Positions 8,974 through 18,960 of a stretch of DNA of 64,000 bases are shown in pieces. Position 1 is the stretch's first letter; every line of letters starts with the position of its first letter. The notes under the pieces are model-generated. The model ran no database searches. It was not told where the DNA came from and was given only the letters and a program-made list of their open reading frames with translations. The translations under genes were made by a program, and so were the position numbers. The stretch lies in sequence record NC_006883.2; one strand, given 5' to 3'.

Positions 8974-10524
8974 ATGGATCCAACTTCTTTAATTAAATCG
9001 ACTTCTAGTCTTAATAAAATAAGTAGATCCTTTAATGGACTTTCTGCTAGTATTACTCGTTCTAGTTTTTTAACTAGATCTATTGCTAAGACTATTAATG
9101 AAGATAATAGGAGTAAAAAGATTGCTATATCTACTGATGGATCATTCTTTAGAAAAAGAAGAGAGTCTATTCTAAGGAGAAAACGGGAAGAACAGGTGGA
9201 AGCAACTGGAGTATCAGGTGTTCTCAAACAAAAAGGAAAAATTTTAAAAGATACTGGAAAAGGATTTTTAGGTAGAGTACTTAGCTTTATTGGAATAATT
9301 TTATTAGGATTCTTAGTTACTAAACTACCTGCTATTTTAAAAGGTGTTCAGGCACTAATTAAGAGGATTCAACAAGTAGTTGGTATTCTTACTGGTTTTG
9401 TAAATGGAGTAATTGATATATTTGAGGGAATGGGTAAGAAGTTGGATCAGATAATTAGTTTTTTAAATCCTTTTGATAAACTGGGAGAGCAAAAAGAAAG
9501 GACACAGAAGACTGTTGAAGATGTTCAAAGGAAGCAAGCTGGATTGACTAATGGTTTCATTAGTAGTGTTAATAGGTATAAAGATGATTCTGATTTAGAT
9601 GAAATAATAAAAGAAATTGAGGAGAAAAGAAATAGACCTTGGTGGGATCCATTTGGAGTTTTTGATCCTAAAGAAGGAGAGTTAACCGAAAATGATCAAG
9701 AAGATATATATAATTCTTCTAAATCTAATGAAGATAAAGCATGGAATGATTTAAGTCCGAAAGAACAAGAAGAATTTATAAAGAAGAATACCCAAGTAAA
9801 AACGGCAGAAGATATGGGTGTCCTGTCTATGAATAAAGGTGGGGAACTTAAGAAGGGTGAATCAGCAATCGTTGGTGATGATGCCAAAGGTAAGGGTAAA
9901 GATAGGGAATTATTTGTTCCTAATCAAGATGGAATTATTTTTCCAAATAATATAACTGAAAAATTTCTTGAAGCATCTAGTTTCTTAGAATCTAATAAAT
10001 TGAAATCTTCTTTGAAATCAACTGCAGATGAATTTGATCCTACCAATATGATGAAGGGATTTGGTGGTATCATAGGAACTTTGAAAACTGTTAAAGATCC
10101 ATCTAAAGGTCTTTTAAATTTTGGTGAAGAATTAAAAGAATCTCTTAACTCTCAAATGAGTCAGGCAGTAGGTAGTGATGAGAGTCAAAGTTTAATTGAA
10201 TCTTTAAAGGGTATTGGTGATTCACTAATGCCTGAGATGGAATCAGTTGCTAATGAGTTGAAAGGTGTTATTGATACACCAGAAATGCAAGAGACTTTTA
10301 CGAATGTAAAGAAAAGTATGCAAGGTGTTCTTAAAGAGATAACACCAAAGAGAAAGGGTCAAACAATTATGATGCCAGCTCCACAAGGAGGTCAATCTAA
10401 ATCTTCTGGTGGCGGTGGTGGTGCTGCTCTTCCTCCTCCTTCTACATCAGGAGCCGTAAGTGGTGGTGTAAATATAAAGGAATATCATAAACATTTAACA
10501 ACGTTAGTTACATCATATACTTAA
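8974..10524 (+). CDS. Tape-measure/baseplate hub-like protein 2
   Basis: Helical protein with NKGG...AIVGD...RELFVPNQDGIIFPN, a motif common near tape-measure C-termini. Confidence 0.55.
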   Translation: MDPTSLIKSTSSLNKISRSFNGLSASITRSSFLTRSIAKTINEDNRSKKIAISTDGSFFRKRRESILRRKREEQVEATGVSGVLKQKGKILKDTGKGFLGRVLSFIGIILLGFLVTKLPAILKGVQALIKRIQQVVGILTGFVNGVIDIFEGMGKKLDQIISFLNPFDKLGEQKERTQKTVEDVQRKQAGLTNGFISSVNRYKDDSDLDEIIKEIEEKRNRPWWDPFGVFDPKEGELTENDQEDIYNSSKSNEDKAWNDLSPKEQEEFIKKNTQVKTAEDMGVLSMNKGGELKKGESAIVGDDAKGKGKDRELFVPNQDGIIFPNNITEKFLEASSFLESNKLKSSLKSTADEFDPTNMMKGFGGIIGTLKTVKDPSKGLLNFGEELKESLNSQMSQAVGSDESQSLIESLKGIGDSLMPEMESVANELKGVIDTPEMQETFTNVKKSMQGVLKEITPKRKGQTIMMPAPQGGQSKSSGGGGGAALPPPSTSGAVSGGVNIKEYHKHLTTLVTSYT

Positions 10525-11787
10525 ATGGAAGCATTAAAAAGATCGGTATACGAAGAAATTATAATTGAATCGACAGACGGTTCAAAGACGGTTGATATTG
10601 CTCCTGGTACTGTGATGATTGATTACTATGAGGATATATTTTCACCAACTCTTACTGCTAAATTGCAAGTTACTAATGATGGTGCTAGTATAAAAGGTGA
10701 AGATGGTACGCTTCAATCAATTTACAATGGTTTACCTTTAAGGGGTGGAGAAACAGTTACTTTAAAGATTAAGGGTAATAATGAACAGAATCCAGGAATG
10801 GATTTATCGTTTTTTGTATCCAGTATCAGTAATGTACTTACAAAGAAAAAAACAGAATCCTTTACATTAAATTTAGTTTCTATTGGTGCAATAACCAATG
10901 AAACATCTAGAGTTGGTAGAAAGTATCCAACATCTAATAAGATATCAGAATCGGTTAAAGATATAGTTAAAAACTATTTGATGGATCAGCGTAAGGTTGA
11001 TGTAGATCCAACACAAAACCCATATGGATTTATTGGTAATATGAGGAAACCATTTACCCTTTTAATGTGGTTAGCATCAAAATCTGTACCTGAAAAATCT
11101 AAAGATGATGCTACTGCAGGATATCTATTTTATGAAACTGTAACTGGATTTCATTTTAGATCTCTTGATAGTATAATAGATGGCAAACCAGTAGCAAAAT
11201 ATTATTCAAGTGAAATTATAAAGCAAGGAAATAATGACTATAAAATTATAAGGTATAGTACGTCTTTAAATGCGGATGTATTGGGTAAACTTCAAAGAGG
11301 TGCTTATTGTAGTTATAGAATATTTTTTGATCCATTAACTTTTAATTATACAGACCCAACTAAAGGTCCATTTAAATTAGAAGATTACAAAAGTGCTGCA
11401 ACTTTAGGTAAAGATGTTGTTCTACCAGGTAATCTTGGTAATGCTCCTAGTAGATATGTTACTGCTATTATGGATAGAGGAACTATGGAGAAAGGTGCAT
11501 CTAAGAAAGAAAATGCTGATCCAACTCTCAGTCAATCTCAAGCATTAATGAGATATAATTCTGTATTTTCTCAGAAACTTAGTATGACAATACCTTCTAA
11601 TACTAATTTGGAAGCTGGTGATATTATTGAATGTGAATTTGCTCTTGCTACACAAGAAAAAAATACAATTGATACTGAGCAAAGTGGTCTATATATGATT
11701 AAAGAATTGTGCCATCATTTTGATGTAAGTGGTTCATATACTTCATTAACACTAATTAAAGATACATTCGGAACTAAAGCGAAATGA
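10525..11787 (+). CDS. gp27-like baseplate hub protein
   Basis: YLFYETVTGFHFRSLD and C-terminal TIPSNTNLEAGDII...SGLYMIKELCHHF...TSLTLIKD, typical of gp27/late-control-D hubs; precedes gp5. Confidence 0.65.
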   Translation: MEALKRSVYEEIIIESTDGSKTVDIAPGTVMIDYYEDIFSPTLTAKLQVTNDGASIKGEDGTLQSIYNGLPLRGGETVTLKIKGNNEQNPGMDLSFFVSSISNVLTKKKTESFTLNLVSIGAITNETSRVGRKYPTSNKISESVKDIVKNYLMDQRKVDVDPTQNPYGFIGNMRKPFTLLMWLASKSVPEKSKDDATAGYLFYETVTGFHFRSLDSIIDGKPVAKYYSSEIIKQGNNDYKIIRYSTSLNADVLGKLQRGAYCSYRIFFDPLTFNYTDPTKGPFKLEDYKSAATLGKDVVLPGNLGNAPSRYVTAIMDRGTMEKGASKKENADPTLSQSQALMRYNSVFSQKLSMTIPSNTNLEAGDIIECEFALATQEKNTIDTEQSGLYMIKELCHHFDVSGSYTSLTLIKDTFGTKAK

Positions 11788-14042
11788 TAGAAGAATCAAT
11801 ATTAAAAAGTAATTTTGTAGGAAGGGATGGATTTAAGTGGTGGATCGGTCAGATTGGACCTGAAGATTGTCAAGGTGATCAGATCAATCAAACTGGTGAT
11901 GCATGGGGAAATAGGATTAAAGTAAGGATTATGGGTTATCATCCCCAAGATCCAATTGAATTGCCTGATAAGGATTTACCTTGGGCTCAGATTTTATTAC
12001 CAGCAACCGCAGGATCTGGTGGTGCAGGTGTATATCGATCAACTAGACTAACACCAGGAGATAGTGTATTTGGTTTCTTCCTTGATGGTGATGATGCACA
12101 ATTACCTGTAATATTAGGAATATTTGGTAGACCTTCAAGTCCAACTCCACTTGGTCCTTATACACGTCCATTTGTACCTTATACTGGATATACGAAAGAA
12201 AATCCACCAAGTGCTTATTTCTTAAATAAGGAAATTGGTGCTCAAGAGGGTGCTAAATCTACACCATTACCTATTGATTTACCTAAAGATATTGCAGATA
12301 AGGTAAACACGGCTAAACTTAGTCAATTAGTTGGTAAGTTGGGTGAGGAACTAGGTGAAATTGAATTTGATAAGGAAAAGATAAAATCTTCTTTTACTGC
12401 TTTGGGTAGTATAATTGATACTCCTACGGTATCTTCTATGATACCAACTATGAAACTTGCCAGTAGGCAAATGAAGACTGAAATGAAAAATATGCAGAAG
12501 GATTTAAAAATATTAACAGATTCGATTGATAAGGATGCGATTAAAGCTCAGTTTGCTGATGTTCTTGGTGGAATTGATACTGATGCATTCAAAGCAAAAT
12601 CAAAAGAACTTCAAGGTATAGTAAAATTAAAAATAAAAGAGAGAACTGCGAATGCGAAGGAGCAAATAAAATCTTTAGGTGGTGGAATGGCTAAAGATAT
12701 GATGGGTAAATTGCAAACTGAAGTTGCTAAGAATGCTAATAAAGGAATAAAGAAAACATATAATAAGGTATTTGGTGCTGTTTTTGCAGCAACTAAGAGT
12801 AGAGGTAAAGCAAAACAAGCTGGTATAGCAGCACAAGCAGCATTTATTAAACCACTTAAGTCCTTTCATGAAGGTATTCCTTGTGTAATGCAGAATGTTT
12901 TAGGTGGTCTTGGAGATGCTATCGATGGAATAATTGATCAGTTAGTAGATAATGTGACTAATTTTACTGATTGTATTATGGATCAGGCGATTGGTGGTAT
13001 GATGAATAGTGTGATTGGAGGTCTTACAAAAGGTATTATGCCATCTTTAGGTGGGATATCTAAAATTTTAGGTGGATTTAGTCCTGGTGATTTCCTCAGA
13101 GGTAAAGCAGAGAATTTACAGGCAATTGCAAGTATGTTTGATTGTTTACCACAATCAAAATTAGACTCTGAAGAAGTTCAACAGTATATTATTGGTGGAG
13201 GAGCAGCACAGTCATTTGATTCTCTTGTAGATAATATATTATCTGTAGCAAATACAGCAGATTCTTTAACTGACGGATTGCTTGATGCTGTTCAAGGATT
13301 AAATATTGGAGGTATATCTGGTAGTTTAGGTGTATTTGACTTTATGAATCCAAGCGTATCTGTTCCTGGATTTAAGAGTCCACTTGGAAAATGTTATAGT
13401 GGACCTCCATTAGGATGTGCTGGTGTTAAACTTAATATATTTGGTGGCGGTGGTGTAGGTGCTAGTGCTAGAGCGATATTTGGTGACGTAATTGGTTCTG
13501 GTGTAGAAGCAGTTGGTAGTATAATTGGTGTAGATTTAAAGAGTGGTGGATCTGGTTATAATGCAGCACCTTTTATTGAGATTGTTGATACTTGTAATAA
13601 GGGATATGGTGCTGTTGCTAGAACAGTAATAGATCCCGATCCTGAATCACCGACTTATCAGCAAGTAGTTGATGTTATTATTCTTACTCCAGGTGAGAAT
13701 TATCCAGTTAAAAATGAGGATGGTGAAAAGAATGAACCTGTTATAGTTGATCATGTAACTGTTATTACTCCTGGTGAAGATTATGATAAGGATGATAAGG
13801 TAATTGATTCTGATGGTAATGAATATACTACGTTTATAGATGACTTTGGTAGAATTGTTAATGTGGTTGCACCAGATAGTACTATAATTAATGTTAAAGA
13901 AGTAACTGAGTTCCCTGAACTTACAGTGGTATCTAAAGATGGTTTACCATCTACTGGTTTTGGAGCAATACTAAGAGCACAGTTGAAACCAAGACCTCCA
14001 TATCAAGGAGAAGTCAAGCAAGTTATCGACTGTATTGGTTGA
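11784..14042 (+). CDS. gp5: Baseplate central spike, N-terminal OB-fold part (no lysozyme domain seen)
   Basis: FVGRDGFKWWIGQI, RIKVRIMGYHP, DLPWAQ, VFGFFLDGDDAQLPVILG. Confidence 0.88.
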   Translation: MIEESILKSNFVGRDGFKWWIGQIGPEDCQGDQINQTGDAWGNRIKVRIMGYHPQDPIELPDKDLPWAQILLPATAGSGGAGVYRSTRLTPGDSVFGFFLDGDDAQLPVILGIFGRPSSPTPLGPYTRPFVPYTGYTKENPPSAYFLNKEIGAQEGAKSTPLPIDLPKDIADKVNTAKLSQLVGKLGEELGEIEFDKEKIKSSFTALGSIIDTPTVSSMIPTMKLASRQMKTEMKNMQKDLKILTDSIDKDAIKAQFADVLGGIDTDAFKAKSKELQGIVKLKIKERTANAKEQIKSLGGGMAKDMMGKLQTEVAKNANKGIKKTYNKVFGAVFAATKSRGKAKQAGIAAQAAFIKPLKSFHEGIPCVMQNVLGGLGDAIDGIIDQLVDNVTNFTDCIMDQAIGGMMNSVIGGLTKGIMPSLGGISKILGGFSPGDFLRGKAENLQAIASMFDCLPQSKLDSEEVQQYIIGGGAAQSFDSLVDNILSVANTADSLTDGLLDAVQGLNIGGISGSLGVFDFMNPSVSVPGFKSPLGKCYSGPPLGCAGVKLNIFGGGGVGASARAIFGDVIGSGVEAVGSIIGVDLKSGGSGYNAAPFIEIVDTCNKGYGAVARTVIDPDPESPTYQQVVDVIILTPGENYPVKNEDGEKNEPVIVDHVTVITPGEDYDKDDKVIDSDGNEYTTFIDDFGRIVNVVAPDSTIINVKEVTEFPELTVVSKDGLPSTGFGAILRAQLKPRPPYQGEVKQVIDCIG

Positions 14043-14043
14043 A

Positions 14044-14050
14044 ATAAATA
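14044..14050 (+). promoter_or_regulatory. Late promoter
   Basis: ATAAATA 20 nt before ATG 14071. Confidence 0.55.
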
Positions 14051-14070
14051 GAATGGTAAGGTATTAAAAT

Positions 14071-14595
14071 ATGACAAAACAACCAAGTTGGCAAAAGAGA
14101 CAGGTTGATTCGTTTGGTAATTTTAAGGTTGAATATGGTAATCCATCAAATCATTTGGGTGGACCTGCTGTTTTCAGTCTGATCGGCAATGGTGCTGGTG
14201 GGACTGGTAAACTTGGACTGAGAGAAAGTGGAACTTTTGATATTATCGTTGATCAGACTGTAAAGATTACTGGTGCTGCTAATAATCAGAGACCTGATGG
14301 TGGTAATGGAGTTGAGATTATCTCAATGGAAGGTGGAATTGCTATTAATTGTCAGAAAGGAACTCTTAAGATAAATGCTAAGAACATAGAAATTAATTCA
14401 AATACTAATATAACCTTCAAAGCATCAGAGAAGATTACTCACGATGCTGATCACGTTCATTTTCACGTTAGGGATTTGGATGTAGATCCTGGTAGATTTA
14501 ATGGAAATGTTAAGAGAGGTGATGTTATGGTGAGAGAAATAGGATTCTTATTTACTGCTTACAGTGGTAGCGAAGTTAAGGAGTGGGGAACCTAA
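14071..14595 (+). CDS. Probable gp5 C-terminal beta-helix-like spike piece
   Basis: Alternating beta pattern (IAINCQKGTLKINAKNIEINSNTNITFKASEKITH); directly after gp5. Confidence 0.5.
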   Translation: MTKQPSWQKRQVDSFGNFKVEYGNPSNHLGGPAVFSLIGNGAGGTGKLGLRESGTFDIIVDQTVKITGAANNQRPDGGNGVEIISMEGGIAINCQKGTLKINAKNIEINSNTNITFKASEKITHDADHVHFHVRDLDVDPGRFNGNVKRGDVMVREIGFLFTAYSGSEVKEWGT

Positions 14596-17500
14596 TGACA
14601 CAAGAGCAGAATTTTGATATAAATGATGGACAGAATTTCGGTGTCAGTAATGTTGCCGAATTTTATAATGATGTCCATGTTTATGGAAAATTATATGCTG
14701 ACCTAGTTGGTGGATTGAGTGGTGATGGTGGTTCTTTAACTGTTGATGCTTTAATTGTTAATAATAATTCTAGTTTTTTTGGTGATGTATCAATAGAAGG
14801 ACTCCTTGATACTGATTATCTTACAGTCTTTCAGAGATTAGATGTTGGTGCTGGTGGAACAGTTTTTACTGCTATATCTACCACTAACGGAAGAGATGGT
14901 GAAGGACAGATAGGAGGTCGGGTTGGAATTGGTAGTACACGACCAGACGCTTTACTGCAAGTTGGTGAACAACTTAATTCTCTTGTTGTTACTGATGGTG
15001 GTAACGTAGGATTGGGATCTACGACACCTGGAGCACGTTTCCAGGTTGGAACTGAGTGTTTAATTGTTAATACTGATCCTTGTTCGGTTGGAATAGGAAC
15101 AACTTTACCTCAACAAAAGTTTCAAGTTAAAACTGGAACTCTTGGTGCAGTCATAAGTGATGCTGGACAAGTTGGTGTAAGAACATCAACATTCCAAGGG
15201 ACAGAAGTCTTTAAAGTAAATTCAACAGATAATTCATTTGTTATTACTGATACTGGTAATGTTGGTATTGGTAGTTTAGATCCTACTGCGATTCCTGGTT
15301 ATAATGTTGCTGATGGAATTATAAAATTAAATGTAGAAGGAACAGTTAAGATTGATCGAAATATAATTGACTCTGCGGATTCTTCTGGTGCGAATGGATA
15401 TTACTTGGCGAGAGATGGAAATGGTATCAGATGGCAACAAGCATCTCCCGTTTCTTTGGATGGAATGTATGTTCAGGATGAAGGTGCTAATTTACCTGTA
15501 AGTGGAACTGCACAGTTATTCCAATATTTAAATTTTGTAGAAATAGAGAGTCAAGGTCTTGGAGTAGATACATTACTTCCAATCCCAGATCCAGTAAACC
15601 CAACTGCGGTTGCAAAGATTCAAACACAGGCTTTATGGGGTCATACTAATAGTGCTAATAATTCTCCACTCTATAGGATGAGTAAGATTGGTATTCTTAA
15701 TAATAGTCCTAGCACAGAATTAGATGTAACTGGAGAAGTTCATGCAACTGGTAATGTTGATTTTGATTCACAATTAAATGTTGATGGTGAAACCTTCTTA
15801 AATGCTGCTTTAGATGTTGATGGTCTTACTACCTTTAATAATACTACTGATGCAACATCAACTACAAGTGCATCTGTTCAATTGGATGGTGGTTTAGGAG
15901 TAGTAAAACAAATTTATATTGGTGGAATTGCAAGAGTACAAGATTCAACTGATTCTTCAAGTTGTACTACAGGTGCTTTAACGGTTGCTGGTGGTGTTGG
16001 TATTTCTAAGAATTTGAATATTTGTGGTGATCAAAAGATTGAATCCTCAACAGAATCTGTAAACTGTACTACAGGTGCTTTGATAGTTACTGGTGGTGTA
16101 GGTATTTCTAAGAACTTAAATGTTTGTGGTGATGCAGATATTTACGGTACAACACAATCAGTAGATAAGAATAGTGGTGCTTTAGTTGTTGATGGTGGTG
16201 TTGGAATTGAGAAGAACCTGAATGTAGGACAGAATACAAAATTAACGGGTAGTTTAGAATTAGAAAGTAGAATAATTGATAAGTTTGATAGTAATGGTGT
16301 TGGTATATGTAAGACAGATTATAGGTTATCTTCCTTTGATGTATCTGGTGTTGGTGTTGGTGTATCTTGGAGACCACCTGGCGTTCAAACTAAGAAAACT
16401 ATTTGGGTTACTAAGAATGGATGTGATACTAATAGCGGATTACTAGAAGGTGATGCAAAATATACTATAGCGGCTGCAGCAGTAGTAGCACAAATGGGAG
16501 ATACGATTAAAGTTCGTTCTGGTGTTTACTATGAGAACAACCCAATTGGATTAAGAACTGATGTTGCAATCTCAGGTGAAGATTTGAGATTAGTTACTCT
16601 AGTGCCTGAGAACACAAGTAAGGATTTCTTCCACGTTAGAAATGGTTGCTTAGTTGAGAATGTTAGTTTCAAAGGGTCTGCTGGAACAGAAACACTTCAT
16701 CATGGTTTAGCTGCAGTTGCCTTCCCACCTACCGATGCTGCTGATCAAGCGGTTACTGGATATATTGAACTTGGTCCTTCCAACGAAGGTCCTAGAGGAA
16801 GATATCAAAGTCCTTATGTTAGAAACTGTACTAACTTTATGACGGGTAGTATTGGAATGAAGATTGATGGAAACCACGTAGGTGCTGCCTATACTGGAAC
16901 CAATAATCTAGGACAGGATCTAAAGAGTATGGTTTGTGATGCCTTCACTCAATATAATGAGGCTGGTATCGGTGTTTCGATTACTAATAAAGGATATGCA
17001 CAGTTAGTTTCTATCTTTACTATTGGATGTGAGAAAGCAATCTATTGTGATAGTGGTGGACAGTGTGATCTTACAAACTCTAACTCATCATTCGGTAAGT
17101 TTGGATTAGTTGCTGATGGTACTAGTGGTGTTGAGTTTGATGGAACTTTAAACACTAAGATGGAAGCGGAAGCTGATAAGATAGATGTTACTAATTGCCA
17201 AGATCAAAGCAATAATAATAGAACTCCTTTTGATGGACAGGGTGCATACTTCCACTTAGATATGAATGATTACCCAGATACAATCTCAACTGCTTCTATA
17301 ACTGAACCGATGCAAACTATTAGATCTATTGTAGTTGTGAATGGTGGTAATGCTGGTGATTATTCTGCATCTGCACCTCCTCTTGTTACTGCTACTCTTC
17401 CACAAGGACCAGAATCTATTATTGCTGAGTTCTCACCAAACGTAAGTGCTGCTGGAACAATTACTTCTGTTGATGTGATTGCTAGTGGTAGAAACTTCTT

Positions 17501-17966
17501 ACCTACACAGAATATTGTAATGAGTATCTCTGGTAGTGGTAATGCTCAGTTGACAGCAGATATGGATCCGATTCTATATACTGTGGATGAGGCAACCGAA
17601 GTTACTTCTAGTGGTGGAACCACAGTAACCTTTAACGAATTTATTCCTTATGAAGTAAAAGCTACTGCAAAGGTTGAATTTGTACGGTTAAGTCGGATTA
17701 TAACCAGTTCACATTCATTTGAATATGTGGGTTCGGGTCAGGATATAAATACAGCTAACCCATTCCAGGCTGGAAAACCAATACCAGAAAATGAAGTTGT
17801 TGCCATTAACGGTGGTCAAGTTCCTTTCACAAGTACGGATCAAAAAGGTAATTTTAGAATTGGTGATGGATTGACTATTGATCAGACAACGTCTACAATA
17901 CGAGGTAGAGATTTCAATAGAGCAATACAAGCACAATTAACACCACTTATATTAGCGTTAAGATAA
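14583..17966 (+). CDS. Large virion fibre/spike protein
   Basis: G(N/R)VGIG(S/T)T.P shaft repeats, three to four GAL.V.GGVGI.KNL.V repeats, and a beta-helix-like C-half (IKVRSGVY.E..P, FTQYNE.GIGV). Start may be ATG 14595. Confidence 0.75.
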   Translation: MGNLMTQEQNFDINDGQNFGVSNVAEFYNDVHVYGKLYADLVGGLSGDGGSLTVDALIVNNNSSFFGDVSIEGLLDTDYLTVFQRLDVGAGGTVFTAISTTNGRDGEGQIGGRVGIGSTRPDALLQVGEQLNSLVVTDGGNVGLGSTTPGARFQVGTECLIVNTDPCSVGIGTTLPQQKFQVKTGTLGAVISDAGQVGVRTSTFQGTEVFKVNSTDNSFVITDTGNVGIGSLDPTAIPGYNVADGIIKLNVEGTVKIDRNIIDSADSSGANGYYLARDGNGIRWQQASPVSLDGMYVQDEGANLPVSGTAQLFQYLNFVEIESQGLGVDTLLPIPDPVNPTAVAKIQTQALWGHTNSANNSPLYRMSKIGILNNSPSTELDVTGEVHATGNVDFDSQLNVDGETFLNAALDVDGLTTFNNTTDATSTTSASVQLDGGLGVVKQIYIGGIARVQDSTDSSSCTTGALTVAGGVGISKNLNICGDQKIESSTESVNCTTGALIVTGGVGISKNLNVCGDADIYGTTQSVDKNSGALVVDGGVGIEKNLNVGQNTKLTGSLELESRIIDKFDSNGVGICKTDYRLSSFDVSGVGVGVSWRPPGVQTKKTIWVTKNGCDTNSGLLEGDAKYTIAAAAVVAQMGDTIKVRSGVYYENNPIGLRTDVAISGEDLRLVTLVPENTSKDFFHVRNGCLVENVSFKGSAGTETLHHGLAAVAFPPTDAADQAVTGYIELGPSNEGPRGRYQSPYVRNCTNFMTGSIGMKIDGNHVGAAYTGTNNLGQDLKSMVCDAFTQYNEAGIGVSITNKGYAQLVSIFTIGCEKAIYCDSGGQCDLTNSNSSFGKFGLVADGTSGVEFDGTLNTKMEAEADKIDVTNCQDQSNNNRTPFDGQGAYFHLDMNDYPDTISTASITEPMQTIRSIVVVNGGNAGDYSASAPPLVTATLPQGPESIIAEFSPNVSAAGTITSVDVIASGRNFLPTQNIVMSISGSGNAQLTADMDPILYTVDEATEVTSSGGTTVTFNEFIPYEVKATAKVEFVRLSRIITSSHSFEYVGSGQDINTANPFQAGKPIPENEVVAINGGQVPFTSTDQKGNFRIGDGLTIDQTTSTIRGRDFNRAIQAQLTPLILALR

Positions 17967-17967
17967 T

Positions 17968-18960
17968 ATGGCAATAGCACCAGTAAATAAGTTTATTAAT
18001 ATTGCCGTTCCTGTTGCACCAGGCGTACAGAAACTTTATGAGGTTCCTACAGGAACTTCTGCTCTATTATTGTATGCACAAGTATCTAATGTTGCTGTTG
18101 GAACAACTTATCCTACAACTACATTTTGGCAGAGAAGAACTCAGAGAAGTACTGGTAGTGAAAGAGATATACGAGTAATAAAATCAGCAGAGATACCACC
18201 ACAAGACGCATTAATAATGGTGGATGGTAGAATAGTATTAGAAAAAACTCCGATTGTAGTTGATAGTTTATACATTCGTGGAACTCAGCAAGGCGTTGGT
18301 ATTATTACTGATGTTCAATATGATGAACCAAGTGGAATTGCTACAGTTGTTACGAAGATAAAGCATGGATTTAATGCTGGTGATCAGATTAGTATGGGTG
18401 GAATGTATTTCACTTGCCCAAGTTATTCTGGTATAACAACTAATATTTTCCCAGATCCTCAGAGATCTTATACTGTAGATACTGTTGATGGTAATGTTGG
18501 AACATCTAAGACATTTTCAATTGATATTGGTGGTGCTAGTGGAAACGAACACGTTTATAGTACAGCAATTCATAGATTTGTTAGAGCAGTTCCTCAGTGT
18601 ATAGAGGTAGTTTCTAGTTCAGGTGTGGCAGTTGGAACAAAGTTTAGTGTAAGTACTGCAACTTATACTGGATCAACTGGAGAAATAACTTTAAATATTG
18701 GAAATAATGGTTTAGCAAATGGAGATACAATTAAGATAGCAGATAATTCTATAATAATGACTTGTACTATGGATAATCATTATAGTGAACATTCTTATCC
18801 TAGAGCAACAGATCCAGCATCTAATACTGCATTAACTCTTGCTGTTGCTGTTGCAAACGAATCAATTCGAGTAAATGTTGGTAAGTCTTATTCTGGTGGA
18901 TACGTTGCTCCATTAGAAATGGAACTAATAGCAAGTATCCTAGAGAATAGTAATGTCTAA
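17968..18960 (+). CDS. Virion structural protein
   Basis: Translationally coupled in the late operon; beta-rich; ITMTCTMD...YPRATDPA repeat-type domain. Confidence 0.6.
   Translation: MAIAPVNKFINIAVPVAPGVQKLYEVPTGTSALLLYAQVSNVAVGTTYPTTTFWQRRTQRSTGSERDIRVIKSAEIPPQDALIMVDGRIVLEKTPIVVDSLYIRGTQQGVGIITDVQYDEPSGIATVVTKIKHGFNAGDQISMGGMYFTCPSYSGITTNIFPDPQRSYTVDTVDGNVGTSKTFSIDIGGASGNEHVYSTAIHRFVRAVPQCIEVVSSSGVAVGTKFSVSTATYTGSTGEITLNIGNNGLANGDTIKIADNSIIMTCTMDNHYSEHSYPRATDPASNTALTLAVAVANESIRVNVGKSYSGGYVAPLEMELIASILENSNV

Noticed and set aside
7874-9227. Minus-strand ORFs of 105-121 aa opposite the tape-measure-like genes
   Set aside because: Antisense to well-supported genes; low-complexity mirrors of GGT-rich codons.
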